In this document: in pieces, positions 48,901 through 56,994 of the stretch | How the letters are laid out: each line of letters opens with the position of its first letter | How positions within the stretch are numbered: the first letter of the stretch is position 1 | Source of the DNA: a virus | Length of the DNA: 64,000 bases | Direction: 5' to 3' (one strand) | Virus record (IMG/VR): IMGVR_UViG_3300005098_000017 | Span: 1-64,000 of that record | Position numbers and translations under genes: made by a program | The notes under the pieces: generated by a model | The model's database searches: none | The model's input: only the letters and a program-made list of their open reading frames with translations | What the model was told of the DNA's origin: nothing

Positions 48901-49323
48901 TTATGGTTTAACTTTTCGTAAGCCGAGGCAACCTATCGGTCGTATGCTTCCACTGCTGGTCTTTTCATATACAGGATGAGCAATCGTGTATAACTTGTCT
49001 ACGTTAGGTAGGTTGAGAGCAACTGCTGCAGAAGCATATTGATTACTAACAATTATTATATCAGCATCATCAGGGATGGGATCAATATCCTGCACCCTCT
49101 GTGTTATAACTGGGATCATAACCTCATCGTTCACTGGACATTCGTAAAAGATGCTCGGAAGTAATTCAGTTTCATGATGGACGTTCAGAAGGGTTCCAGA
49201 GGGTGGAATTATGATAACTAGCTTGGTTTTTCCAGGTTCTATGAAGTATTTCCTGTGTTCACTTATGTAAACAGCATCCTCAAAAATACATATCTCGTGA
49301 GGAGTGCAGTTTAAGATTTTCAT
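48901..49323 (-). CDS. hypothetical phage protein
   Basis: [11 protein letters not shown] start; RBS. Confidence 0.7.
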   Translation of the reverse strand: MKILNCTPHEICIFEDAVYISEHRKYFIEPGKTKLVIIIPPSGTLLNVHHETELLPSIFYECPVNDEVMIPVITQRVQDIDPIPDDADIIIVSNQYASAAVALNLPNVDKLYTIAHPVYEKTSSGSIRPIGCLGLRKVKP

Positions 49324-49345
49324 TACATACCTCCTTTTATTAGGC

Positions 49346-49404
49346 GGGCCTCATTACACCCCATGCAGAGCAGCAGGGCGAGGCCCTTAACCCTGAAGCT
49401 CTGC
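49346..49404 (-). ncRNA. leader H-type pseudoknot
   Basis: Loop GGGCCTC pairs with GAGGCCC before the RBS. Confidence 0.6.
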
Positions 49405-49419
49405 GAAGAAAGAGAGCTA

Positions 49420-49752
49420 TTAGGACAAGCGTTCTGCTTCCTGTCTAATCCGAACGGCATCCCTTACTACCTCTAACAGCGAAGGCGGTATAACCCTATT
49501 GTTCGAGGTTTTCCCAGTGCGCAAATCAACTGCGACAGCACAATCATGCTCGTAAAAGTATACTATATCCCCATCCGGGAAGAATGTTCCATTAGCAGTA
49601 GCAACATTATAAATCAGATCGTTGGTGTATTCGCCGGGATCGCGATATGGTGTATAATGATCCTGAGCGTCCGGTGTTTCACAACCGGTAGTGCTTCTCA
49701 CACATACATCACACCTGCCACTTCTACACAGACGGCACTTATCAAATAACAT
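49420..49752 (-). CDS. hypothetical Cys-rich protein
   Basis: RBS AAGGAGGT; CxxC pairs. Confidence 0.65.
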   Translation of the reverse strand: MLFDKCRLCRSGRCDVCVRSTTGCETPDAQDHYTPYRDPGEYTNDLIYNVATANGTFFPDGDIVYFYEHDCAVAVDLRTGKTSNNRVIPPSLLEVVRDAVRIRQEAERLS

Positions 49753-49778
49753 AATACCTCCTTATTTTAATGTTTTAT

Positions 49779-49833
49779 GCCCGCCATTAGAACCAAGCCA
49801 GGTGAGGCCGGCGGGCTTAGCCCTACCCGGCTT
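49779..49833 (-). ncRNA. leader H-type pseudoknot
   Basis: Loop GCCCGCC pairs with GGCGGGC. Confidence 0.65.
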
Positions 49834-49855
49834 TTTTAATTTCCAGCTGATTGAC

Positions 49856-50221
49856 CTATACAAGAGATGGTCCAACTGCATCCTGAACCTGAGGCTTTCC
49901 ATACTCAAGCTTCCACCCATTCTTCGGTCGTAAATTTCTCTTGAACCATTCGAACCATGCACGATCCATGACAACGATCTTCTTACTTCTTCTGAATGCA
50001 ACTGCAATCCACTTGCGGTTACCAGTCCTGTTAATCCTGAAGAACCATACGATATCATTAGCATGTAGTTTACCACTGCGTACTAGCCTGGCCCACTGGC
50101 TGCTCTTCTCAGGATTCTGAGCAGCCAATACAAATGTGTAACTATTTTTCCACCTCGCTATAGAGGTGGTGCCTCCCAGAATCTTGGGGAGGTTGATTTT
50201 TAGAAACTGAGTCAATGACAT
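49856..50221 (-). CDS. hypothetical protein (paralog of 16490..16834)
   Basis: Start moved to the ATG at 50221 after GAGGAGGT. Confidence 0.7.
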   Translation of the reverse strand: MSLTQFLKINLPKILGGTTSIARWKNSYTFVLAAQNPEKSSQWARLVRSGKLHANDIVWFFRINRTGNRKWIAVAFRRSKKIVVMDRAWFEWFKRNLRPKNGWKLEYGKPQVQDAVGPSLV

Positions 50222-50245
50222 AATACACCTCCTCTTTTGGAGGTT

Positions 50246-50303
50246 GCCTGCCACTTTTACCCACAGATAAGGCGAGGCCGGCAGGCTTTACCCCGCCTTA
50301 TCT
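50246..50303 (-). ncRNA. leader H-type pseudoknot
   Basis: Loop GCCTGCC pairs with GGCAGGC. Confidence 0.65.
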
Positions 50304-50412
50304 TATCACTCCAGCTCATTGACTCCATCACGAGCCAACAAGCCGGCCAAACCCTCCGGCACTCTTGCGGCACCGCTCCTCGCAGGCCGCACACAGGGGA
50401 GGAGAGGCTTGG

Positions 50413-50479
50413 GGAGGCCTCTTAGACCCTCTATGAGGGAGCTCCAGCGCCACGTCAAGGCGGGCCTCCAGTGCTGGAG
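50413..50479 (-). ncRNA. HDV/CPEB3-like ribozyme fold, copy 1
   Basis: P1 CTCCAGC/GCTGGAG; P2 GGAGGCC; P3 GCC/GGC; L3 TTGACGT; P4; J4/2 TCTAA. Confidence 0.75.
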
Positions 50480-50577
50480 TAGCCCCCCGGTGCGGGGGCT
50501 TCATTTTTTTCACCTCCTTTCTAGCGGGATGAACTAGCCCGGCCATCTAGCCCATCCCGCGGTTTAAGGTTTAACCT

Positions 50578-52983
50578 TTAATCAAGTTTCCAGAAGTTGA
50601 GCCAGAATTCGCGATCGGCAGTAGCAAGAGGATGAAGACCAACAGGGGTTTTGATTCCAAGAATCCGCGCGAGCTGCCAGTTGCGCTTCTTACCAGTATG
50701 CAGTTCTACAAGAAAGCGTACATGTGCTTCAAGATCAGATTCAGTACCGGCAACAATAGCCAAGAAATCGCTCTCAGCGACAGTAAGAGATTTCCAAGTG
50801 GTAAGAATCGCCTGAGGTTCAAATCTAGCAAGAAGCCTGCGGAAACGCCTGTTTAGCCTCCGGAAGTTCCTAGTAAGAAGTACACGAAGTTCAGATACTT
50901 TACTCGCAAGGAAGCGCCGACGCCTGTCGAGCTCTCTGCGCCGCCTGCCAAGGGTAGCCAGAGCATCAGAAAGGTGATCAAGCCTAGGTAGCAGCCACTT
51001 TTCCATTTTTCGCCTCAGAACTTCGTTTCTGATCCCAGATGCTAGGAACCTGACTTTAGTTTCAGGTCTCGCATTAGCGAAGAGTCTACGGCTCCGATTA
51101 ACTACCGTATCAATCGCCGTTACTTTCTCTGCAAGAGCATTCACTTCATTCTCTATCTTCCGTATTCGAGAGAGCGTCCGTCCGAACATGCGCCTCCTTA
51201 TGCGATCCCACTTGAGGAACAATGCCTTAACTTCTGGATCAATGGTGCCATCAGGAATAAGATCCTTAAGAGACCTAACCTCTGGCTCAGCAAACTCAAC
51301 TTCAGGAATAAATTCAGCAAGAGGACCTGTTGGAGTTATTGCTACTGGATCCGCCTTCGCAGTCCTATTAGCGATCATTTGAGTAACAGTATCAAGCCTG
51401 GCAGTCGTACTCGCGAGTAGATGCAGTCCCGCTTCTACCTCATGACGAAGCTCCGGTTCTTTACCATTAGCAAGATTCACTGCAGCTTGGAGTAGCGCTC
51501 CAGTTCTCGCAACAAGATCCATATTAAGTTCAGTATCAGAAAGAAGCATTCGGGTAAAACCAGCATCAGCTCTCGCAATCATTTCCTTACCCAGCTCAAT
51601 ATTTTCCACTTCGGTACTAGGATCCATTCTCCACTCTCCGAAAGATATCTCCTTTATCCGGCTTCGTACGCTATCGAAGAATTCCTTAGCAACGAGAGGT
51701 TCCTTGAAGACCTTGGATGCCGCGGCGAGAGCCACTTTGTCGCCATCGGCATCCCATCCGCTAGGCATATCTGCAGGGTGTACCAGAATCGCATGCGCAC
51801 GATGGTCAACAATAATAGGAAGGATAAGAGTATCACCAGGCAAGATGGGCGACTTCTGTATGAGTAGGAGTTCTCCATCTTTCAGACCAAGCATCCGTGC
51901 AATCACAGGAGGAATAACAGCAGTGCCGGGATGTGCATTCTGAAATCCCAGATAGAAGCCCGGGCCTAGTCTCAACTTCCGAAGTGCAATCTTTAAGTGG
52001 TCCAGAAGCACTCTCCGCAGGAAGCCTGCCTCCTTTATGAGGCCGAATTTCCGCAGAATATCAGCAGTCAGAGTCAGCACTGCACTAGGTTCATTGATCG
52101 GATCAGCGTTTTTAACAAGGATATCAGCCGCTACCTCAGGATCAGAAAAACCATTAATAGCTTCAGCAATCTGCTCCTGAATCCGTTCAACAAACTCAGG
52201 CGCTGGATTAACATTCCATCCGAGTTTCCTTGGTAGAAGGAACCAGCGCGGCAGAGCTTGGCTGAGACTGATGCCGCCCGCGAATACGGCACCAACCTCA
52301 TGCAGCATGATGGTTCGCCCGAGTTCGAGTACGAAGCGCCGCCTCTTGATGAGTTTTGCGGTGTCAGCATCAGCAACGATATCAGTCCCTGTTTCCAGCT
52401 CCGTGAGGACCTCATCTGCAAGAGCTTCATTTCCAAGATACAACATCAGCCTCTGGAACCCAACTCTGCCGGGAAGAACTGGTACCGCTATCCCTTTCAG
52501 ACCAATAGCAGTCACTTTAAATCCATTCTTCACAAGAGCACGGGTAACCTTAGAAACCTCAGCCTCTGTAGGAGCATATGCTGCTGCCACAAGTTTTGTA
52601 AACCGTTCGCTAACGAAGAAGATCCCATCCACATTCATTTTCATATTGAGCTTGAGACCACGGATGCGAAGATCCATACCAGCCACACGTTCCGGCTTGA
52701 AATCCCAGCCTTTATTCGGAATTTCCGGCGTTGTCATCATCTGGATGCGCTTTCCAGGAAGAGATCTCAGATCAAATTCAGGATCACCGAGAATATTCGC
52801 AATCACTCTATTAACAGTCTCTATAGCAGAAGTAGGAACCACCTTGAAGATCCTACAATCTGGAATCATAGTAGGCTTCATTGGAAGATCAGAGTTCAGA
52901 TCAGGATCAAATGCGAAGAAGACACTAGCACCAGCTTCAGTAAATAACGCTTGCAGAGGAGACCTCGGTATTCTTTCCATCAT
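50578..52983 (-). CDS. single-subunit two-barrel RNA polymerase (YonO/cellular-RdRP-like)
   Basis: VDGIFFVS, GLKGIAV, QKSPIL and catalytic DADGD in the expected order; RBS AAGGAGGTGAT before the ATG at 52983. Confidence 0.75.
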   Translation of the reverse strand: MMERIPRSPLQALFTEAGASVFFAFDPDLNSDLPMKPTMIPDCRIFKVVPTSAIETVNRVIANILGDPEFDLRSLPGKRIQMMTTPEIPNKGWDFKPERVAGMDLRIRGLKLNMKMNVDGIFFVSERFTKLVAAAYAPTEAEVSKVTRALVKNGFKVTAIGLKGIAVPVLPGRVGFQRLMLYLGNEALADEVLTELETGTDIVADADTAKLIKRRRFVLELGRTIMLHEVGAVFAGGISLSQALPRWFLLPRKLGWNVNPAPEFVERIQEQIAEAINGFSDPEVAADILVKNADPINEPSAVLTLTADILRKFGLIKEAGFLRRVLLDHLKIALRKLRLGPGFYLGFQNAHPGTAVIPPVIARMLGLKDGELLLIQKSPILPGDTLILPIIVDHRAHAILVHPADMPSGWDADGDKVALAAASKVFKEPLVAKEFFDSVRSRIKEISFGEWRMDPSTEVENIELGKEMIARADAGFTRMLLSDTELNMDLVARTGALLQAAVNLANGKEPELRHEVEAGLHLLASTTARLDTVTQMIANRTAKADPVAITPTGPLAEFIPEVEFAEPEVRSLKDLIPDGTIDPEVKALFLKWDRIRRRMFGRTLSRIRKIENEVNALAEKVTAIDTVVNRSRRLFANARPETKVRFLASGIRNEVLRRKMEKWLLPRLDHLSDALATLGRRRRELDRRRRFLASKVSELRVLLTRNFRRLNRRFRRLLARFEPQAILTTWKSLTVAESDFLAIVAGTESDLEAHVRFLVELHTGKKRNWQLARILGIKTPVGLHPLATADREFWLNFWKLD

Positions 52984-52996
52984 ATCACCTCCTTTC

Positions 52997-53103
52997 CGCC
53001 GCGGATTTCGTTGCCCTCGGTGCGGCACTCCGAGGGTCGCCGGGCTTCGAGCGTCATTGGTGCCAAGGCTGGCCATAGAATGAAGCCCGGAAATTCTATG
53101 GCC
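52997..53103 (-). ncRNA. two tandem leader pseudoknots of the RNAP gene (53040-53103, 52997-53036)
   Basis: Loop CCGGGCTTC/GAAGCCCGG; loop TGCCGC/GCGGCG abutting the RBS. Confidence 0.6.
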
Positions 53104-53155
53104 ATGGCCGGGCGCCTTGACACCTCTGCTCTTTCGCGCATTTTATTTAACCTTA

Positions 53156-53596
53156 TTATCGATTAAATTCTCCATCCAATACAGCAAGCAGTAATCTTTG
53201 GAGTCTTCTTGGATCGGGTAAACCATATGCAATTCCATAGATTGGGGACCATGAATCCACATTCACCCTAACTGTTGTTCCCAAAATTTTGAATTCGAAA
53301 GCATAATCATCGATAGTATAGCTACCCTCCATTACCGATTGGAAAATGAGTGCGTCTACTAGATCCTCACAAGCCCACTCCGGATGTTGCTCAAGAATAA
53401 CTCTCTGGATCTCTAAAGTATCACACCAACCCACAATAACTCTACGTTCATCATCCATAACGTACCCCGACCGCAGATGCAAATTGTACCATTTCTCACC
53501 CACCTTGGCAGTTACCCAAGGCGGTGAGAAGTAGTAGTCGCCGACTTTAACTTTGTCGGCGATCCAGTCACCGATTACGTCCCACAACCATGACAT
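53156..53596 (-). CDS. hypothetical protein
   Basis: RBS AAGGAGGT. Confidence 0.7.
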   Translation of the reverse strand: MSWLWDVIGDWIADKVKVGDYYFSPPWVTAKVGEKWYNLHLRSGYVMDDERRVIVGWCDTLEIQRVILEQHPEWACEDLVDALIFQSVMEGSYTIDDYAFEFKILGTTVRVNVDSWSPIYGIAYGLPDPRRLQRLLLAVLDGEFNR

Positions 53597-53627
53597 TTTA
53601 CACCTCCTTTAGTTTGACTTTCTTCTC

Positions 53628-53699
53628 GAGGGACTCTTAGATCCCGCATAAGCGGGAAGCCCCGGCGCCACGACAAGGCGGTCCCTCAAAAAGCCGGGG
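53628..53699 (-). ncRNA. HDV/CPEB3-like ribozyme fold, copy 2
   Basis: P1 CCCCGGC/GCCGGGG; P2 GAGGGAC; P3 GCC/GGC; L3 TTGTCGT; J4/2 TCTAA. Confidence 0.75.
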
Positions 53700-54170
53700 T
53701 TAACTCAATTTGACATCATTATTATCCTTCTCTTTCTTTATCCACTCTATCAATTCATCCACTAGGCGCTCCACATTATAATCATCAATAATAAGAAGCG
53801 CCCTCCTGACCTTGTAGCCGAGCACCTCATGCGCTTTTAGCACATGCCTCGGCATCCAAGGCCAGGTCTCATTGTATCCCCCATTATATTTGATTTGGAG
53901 AAGGATTACCTCCTTCTTATGGGGGATACCAATGCTGACGTCGATTTTAAATACGACGTCAGCTTTACTCCCGACAGGATAGTCTATTAATTTCCATCCC
54001 GCCGGAAGCTTGGAGGATAGTTCTTCAATGAATCTATCCTCCGCTTCGAAGCCAGCTCTATGCGCCTCATGTGCGATAGAGCTAACCTCGAAATCCGGGC
54101 GGATTATTTCATGACATTCCGCCCAGAATTTTCGCGCTATAGTGCGGGCCTTCTCCATTTCATTTCTCAT
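53700..54170 (-). CDS. PD-(D/E)xK-family nuclease-like protein
   Basis: G..AE, ADVVF, LLQIK. Confidence 0.6.
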   Translation of the reverse strand: MRNEMEKARTIARKFWAECHEIIRPDFEVSSIAHEAHRAGFEAEDRFIEELSSKLPAGWKLIDYPVGSKADVVFKIDVSIGIPHKKEVILLQIKYNGGYNETWPWMPRHVLKAHEVLGYKVRRALLIIDDYNVERLVDELIEWIKKEKDNNDVKLS

Positions 54171-54233
54171 TTATTACTCCTCCATATGCATTCCGCCAAG
54201 GAAGTGACAAGTCCCCAAGGTCTTCTACCGTTG

Positions 54234-55070
54234 TCATAATATCACCTCCCTTACTTTGATAACAGGGTTAACCCAATCAACAAAATGATAGATTTTGTTT
54301 ATACGAGGGGGACAACCTTGGTCTCCCTTTATTTCGATATCATTATGATCAGCTATCCATACCTCATGAAACTGATTAAACAGTTTCTTAAATATAGGCG
54401 CCGCCTCCATCTCATATCCCGGCTTAACCTCTATATTATTCGCCAGAAGAACATTATCGTTACCGGTCACCGCTACCATAAGCGCACGAATCTTATTGTT
54501 TTCCACATCTTCCATCACATATGTGATGGCATCACCAAACGTCATGGTGTGCCATCCGTCATGGAAGATGTGTGCGCAGCAATGTACATGGAACCCTAAG
54601 AACGGAAATCTTGGATCTTTACGCGATAGTGGACGAAGTAACCAGCGTTCCGTTCTAATTACAGGTAAATCTGTTATGTCCACAGCCGGTAATGAGATCC
54701 ATTCCCGAAATAATTTCTGAATTTTACCACTATGAAGGTCTATTTTTGTATACCTTGGATGCCACCGCCAAAATTCTTTCCAAAATTCGCGGTGGCCATA
54801 TCGTCTAGCCCAAGATGTCACCAAGTTTTCCCTCGGTGACATCCTCTCATCGAGGCCTGTTTCATTAGCGGCCTCAATGAGATGGGGGCTTAGTGGCCCC
54901 CTAAACTTAAAGATATACCCTGCAAATTCTGGCCGCAAAAGTGGCGTTAGAAGCCACAAGGCATCGCGGCCGATTTTATTTAAATTATCACGGCCGTATG
55001 CCCTTATGGCTATCTCGATAAGAGGTTGCAATGTCTTATTCTTCATCAAGCCTTCCAAATATGCATTCAT
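54234..55070 (-). CDS. hypothetical protein
   Basis: 278-aa ORF with RBS. Confidence 0.75.
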   Translation of the reverse strand: MNAYLEGLMKNKTLQPLIEIAIRAYGRDNLNKIGRDALWLLTPLLRPEFAGYIFKFRGPLSPHLIEAANETGLDERMSPRENLVTSWARRYGHREFWKEFWRWHPRYTKIDLHSGKIQKLFREWISLPAVDITDLPVIRTERWLLRPLSRKDPRFPFLGFHVHCCAHIFHDGWHTMTFGDAITYVMEDVENNKIRALMVAVTGNDNVLLANNIEVKPGYEMEAAPIFKKLFNQFHEVWIADHNDIEIKGDQGCPPRINKIYHFVDWVNPVIKVREVIL

Positions 55071-55107
55071 TTTTACCTCCTTTATTTTTATACATATTCT
55101 CCATTTT

Positions 55108-55166
55108 TGCCCGCATTAGTTTACCAAGGGCACCATCTGACCTGCGGGCATTGATCAGATGGCGCC
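55108..55166 (-). ncRNA. leader H-type pseudoknot
   Basis: Loop TGCCCGCA pairs with TGCGGGCA. Confidence 0.65.
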
Positions 55167-55233
55167 TATATACAAAATGGGCACCGTATAGTCATGGTAA
55201 CAATACGGTGCCCTCACAACATCCCCTTTTATT

Positions 55234-55310
55234 AGGGTGCTCTTAGACCCTTAGGGATTGGACCTAAGGGAGCCCCTCCACCACGTCAAGGTGGCACCCT
55301 ATCGGAGGGG
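55234..55310 (-). ncRNA. HDV/CPEB3-like ribozyme fold, copy 3
   Basis: P1 CCCCTCC/GGAGGGG; P2 AGGGTGC; P3 ACC/GGT; L3 TTGACGT; J4/2 TCTAA. Confidence 0.75.
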
Positions 55311-55363
55311 TAGCGGGGTCTTGGACCCCGCTCTTGACTCTTGAGGCCGGCCGGTTTATTTTT

Positions 55364-55636
55364 TTAATATTTCCTGTAATCATGATACAAATGGATTATA
55401 CTTTCATACCTGCCAAATATTTTGACAGGCATAGCATGCAAATCTGTTACTTTCATGCCTTCATAGAAGAATTGACCTTCTCCAAAATACTTATGGAGAA
55501 GGTCTGTTTCCTTTATAGGATGATCTAGCAAGAACAAAACTCCTTCTTTTATAAACCCAATCACCGGCATGATAAACCTCCTCGCCGCACCTTGGTTCAA
55601 CTCCCAGTATGCATACGGTGCGGCACTTATATGCAT
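55364..55636 (-). CDS. hypothetical protein
   Basis: ORF between two ribozyme-like elements; weak RBS. Confidence 0.5.
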   Translation of the reverse strand: MHISAAPYAYWELNQGAARRFIMPVIGFIKEGVLFLLDHPIKETDLLHKYFGEGQFFYEGMKVTDLHAMPVKIFGRYESIIHLYHDYRKY

Positions 55637-55659
55637 ACTGGGATACCGGCCGGCCTTAT

Positions 55660-55734
55660 GGACACTCTTAGACCCTTAGGGATTGGACCTAAGGGAGCCC
55701 TCCAGCCACGTCAAGGCGGTGTCCTTCTGGAGGG
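55660..55734 (-). ncRNA. HDV/CPEB3-like ribozyme fold, copy 4
   Basis: P1 CCCTCCA/TGGAGGG; P2 GGACAC; P3 GCC/GGC; L3 TTGACGT; J4/2 TCTAA. Confidence 0.75.
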
Positions 55735-55786
55735 TAGCAAGGCCATCATGTGAGACCTTGCTTTGGCTTGGGCGGCAAATCCTTCC

Positions 55787-55993
55787 TTAAAATTCGTAAT
55801 ACCAGACTTTTTTTCCAATTCTTTCAATATATTTGGCAAGTTTCCTTACTTTTCTAGTAGGTCTACCACCTGTGTAAGCCATACCTGATACCAAAGGCCT
55901 AAGAAGACTGACTCTGCCATCTGGAAATAATTCCCCAACAAACCTGATCAAATCCTTGCCTATCCAGAGATCAACTATAACTGTCCTTGTCAT
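55787..55993 (-). CDS. hypothetical protein
   Basis: RBS AAGGAGG. Confidence 0.65.
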   Translation of the reverse strand: MTRTVIVDLWIGKDLIRFVGELFPDGRVSLLRPLVSGMAYTGGRPTRKVRKLAKYIERIGKKVWYYEF

Positions 55994-56006
55994 TTTTTCC
56001 TCCTTT

Positions 56007-56066
56007 CGCCGCGGTCAGTTTTAACCACCAGTGGGCCCACACCGCGGCATTTATGGTACCCACTGG
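56007..56066 (-). ncRNA. leader H-type pseudoknot
   Basis: Loop AAATGCCGCGGT pairs with ACCGCGGCG abutting the RBS. Confidence 0.7.
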
Positions 56067-56083
56067 CTTGCCGCCCAAGCCAT

Positions 56084-56154
56084 CGGACGCTCTTAGACCT
56101 AGCCACAAGGCTAGGAGCCCCTCCACCACGTCAAGGTGGCGTCCGTCGGAGGGG
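56084..56154 (-). ncRNA. HDV/CPEB3-like ribozyme fold, copy 5
   Basis: P1 CCCCTCC/GGAGGGG; P2 CGGACGC; P3 ACC/GGT; L3 TTGACGT; J4/2 TCTAA. Confidence 0.75.
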
Positions 56155-56207
56155 TAGCAAGACCCCAAGGGGCCTTGCCTCGTCTACGGGGGCGCCAATA
56201 GACCGTA

Positions 56208-56492
56208 TCAATAAACATCAACTAAGCACTTGATATACGGCCTGATTAAATACACATAATCTCCAATCCTCTTTATATTGTGGCTCGAAACAAGTTGCGA
56301 TTTAACACATACTTTCGCATGACTCGGAACTCTTATAACGTACCCAAAGTATAATCTTTGGCCAAGGAGGATCAAATCCTCCTTGTCCAAAACGATGACC
56401 CTGTGTGTGTAACCTTCATAGCGATCATCAGGGTATATTACTGCTGCAAATTCTTGCTCATGTATTCTCACATCTTCAATCCACACTATCAT
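56208..56492 (-). CDS. hypothetical protein
   Basis: RBS AAGGAGG. Confidence 0.65.
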   Translation of the reverse strand: MIVWIEDVRIHEQEFAAVIYPDDRYEGYTHRVIVLDKEDLILLGQRLYFGYVIRVPSHAKVCVKSQLVSSHNIKRIGDYVYLIRPYIKCLVDVY

Positions 56493-56507
56493 TTTATCCT
56501 CCTTTTT

Positions 56508-56568
56508 CGCCGCGCCTTGGTTCTACGCCCAGCATGTACGCGGCGCGGCATTTACGCACATGCTGGGC
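56508..56568 (-). ncRNA. leader H-type pseudoknot
   Basis: Loop AAATGCCGCGCC pairs with GGCGCGGCG abutting the RBS. Confidence 0.7.
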
Positions 56569-56743
56569 TGGCGCCCCCGCAATCCCCTATTAGCCGAGGA
56601 AGCAAATCAAAAATCAAGGGGGCAGGGGGGTCGAAATACAATCCGACCCCCTCAAAATCCACAATAGAGACCTCCTGAATTTTTTGCCGGTTTTTTGACC
56701 CTTATAGGCCTACGATTGACTCCATCAAATGGGGAATTACCTC

Positions 56744-56771
56744 TTGACATGTGCATTCAAATATTTAATAT
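56744..56771 (+). promoter_or_regulatory. sigma70-type promoter TTGACA-N16-TAATAT
   Basis: Upstream of the small + gene at 56811. Confidence 0.55.
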
Positions 56772-56810
56772 TTAGTATGTAGGTATTAAATTATAACAAG
56801 GAGGTTGGAT

Positions 56811-56969
56811 ATGTTGGTATTTAGGAGGTATACGCATCCTAGGGAGGTTCGCTGGTTGGGCTGGATAGAGACTCATGATGGTTGTTGTGTTGGGTTTATT
56901 AGGCTTGATGGTAGGGTTGTATTTGATTGGGATTCTGGGTTCTCTGGTAGTAATAGTAGTGTTAATTGA
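56811..56969 (+). CDS. small hypothetical protein (52 aa; not in the ORF track)
   Basis: AAGGAGGT RBS, promoter and terminator; MLVFRRYTHPREVRWLGWIETHDGCCVGFIRLDGRVVFDW.. Confidence 0.7.
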   Translation: MLVFRRYTHPREVRWLGWIETHDGCCVGFIRLDGRVVFDWDSGFSGSNSSVN

Positions 56970-56994
56970 AGCATAGGGTATATGTTGGTATGTT

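Larger units (their letters stand above)
45001..50323 (-). promoter_or_regulatory. eight exact GTCAAT-N4-TGG putative phage promoters (13-mers starting at 45001, 45697, 46390, 46816, 47754, 48215, 49843, 50311)
   Basis: All intergenic, same orientation, upstream of an RBS or leader pseudoknot. Confidence 0.75.

Noticed and set aside
52258-53083. Long + strand ORFs antisense to the RNAP gene (and similar shadow ORFs elsewhere)
   Set aside because: No RBS or recognisable motifs; by-product of codon bias on the coding strand
53117-53144. + strand TTGACA as an antisense promoter
   Set aside because: Poor -10 (CATTTT/ATTTTA) and no downstream + gene
55278-55294. CCACC-TTGACGT-GGTGG resembles a tRNA-Val(GAC) anticodon arm
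   Set aside because: No D arm, T arm or acceptor stem; another copy has TTGTCGT; fully explained as ribozyme P3/L3
50413-56154. TTGACG in the repeated elements as a sigma70 -35 box
   Set aside because: No conserved -10 at 16-18 bp; the conservation pattern follows base-pair covariation
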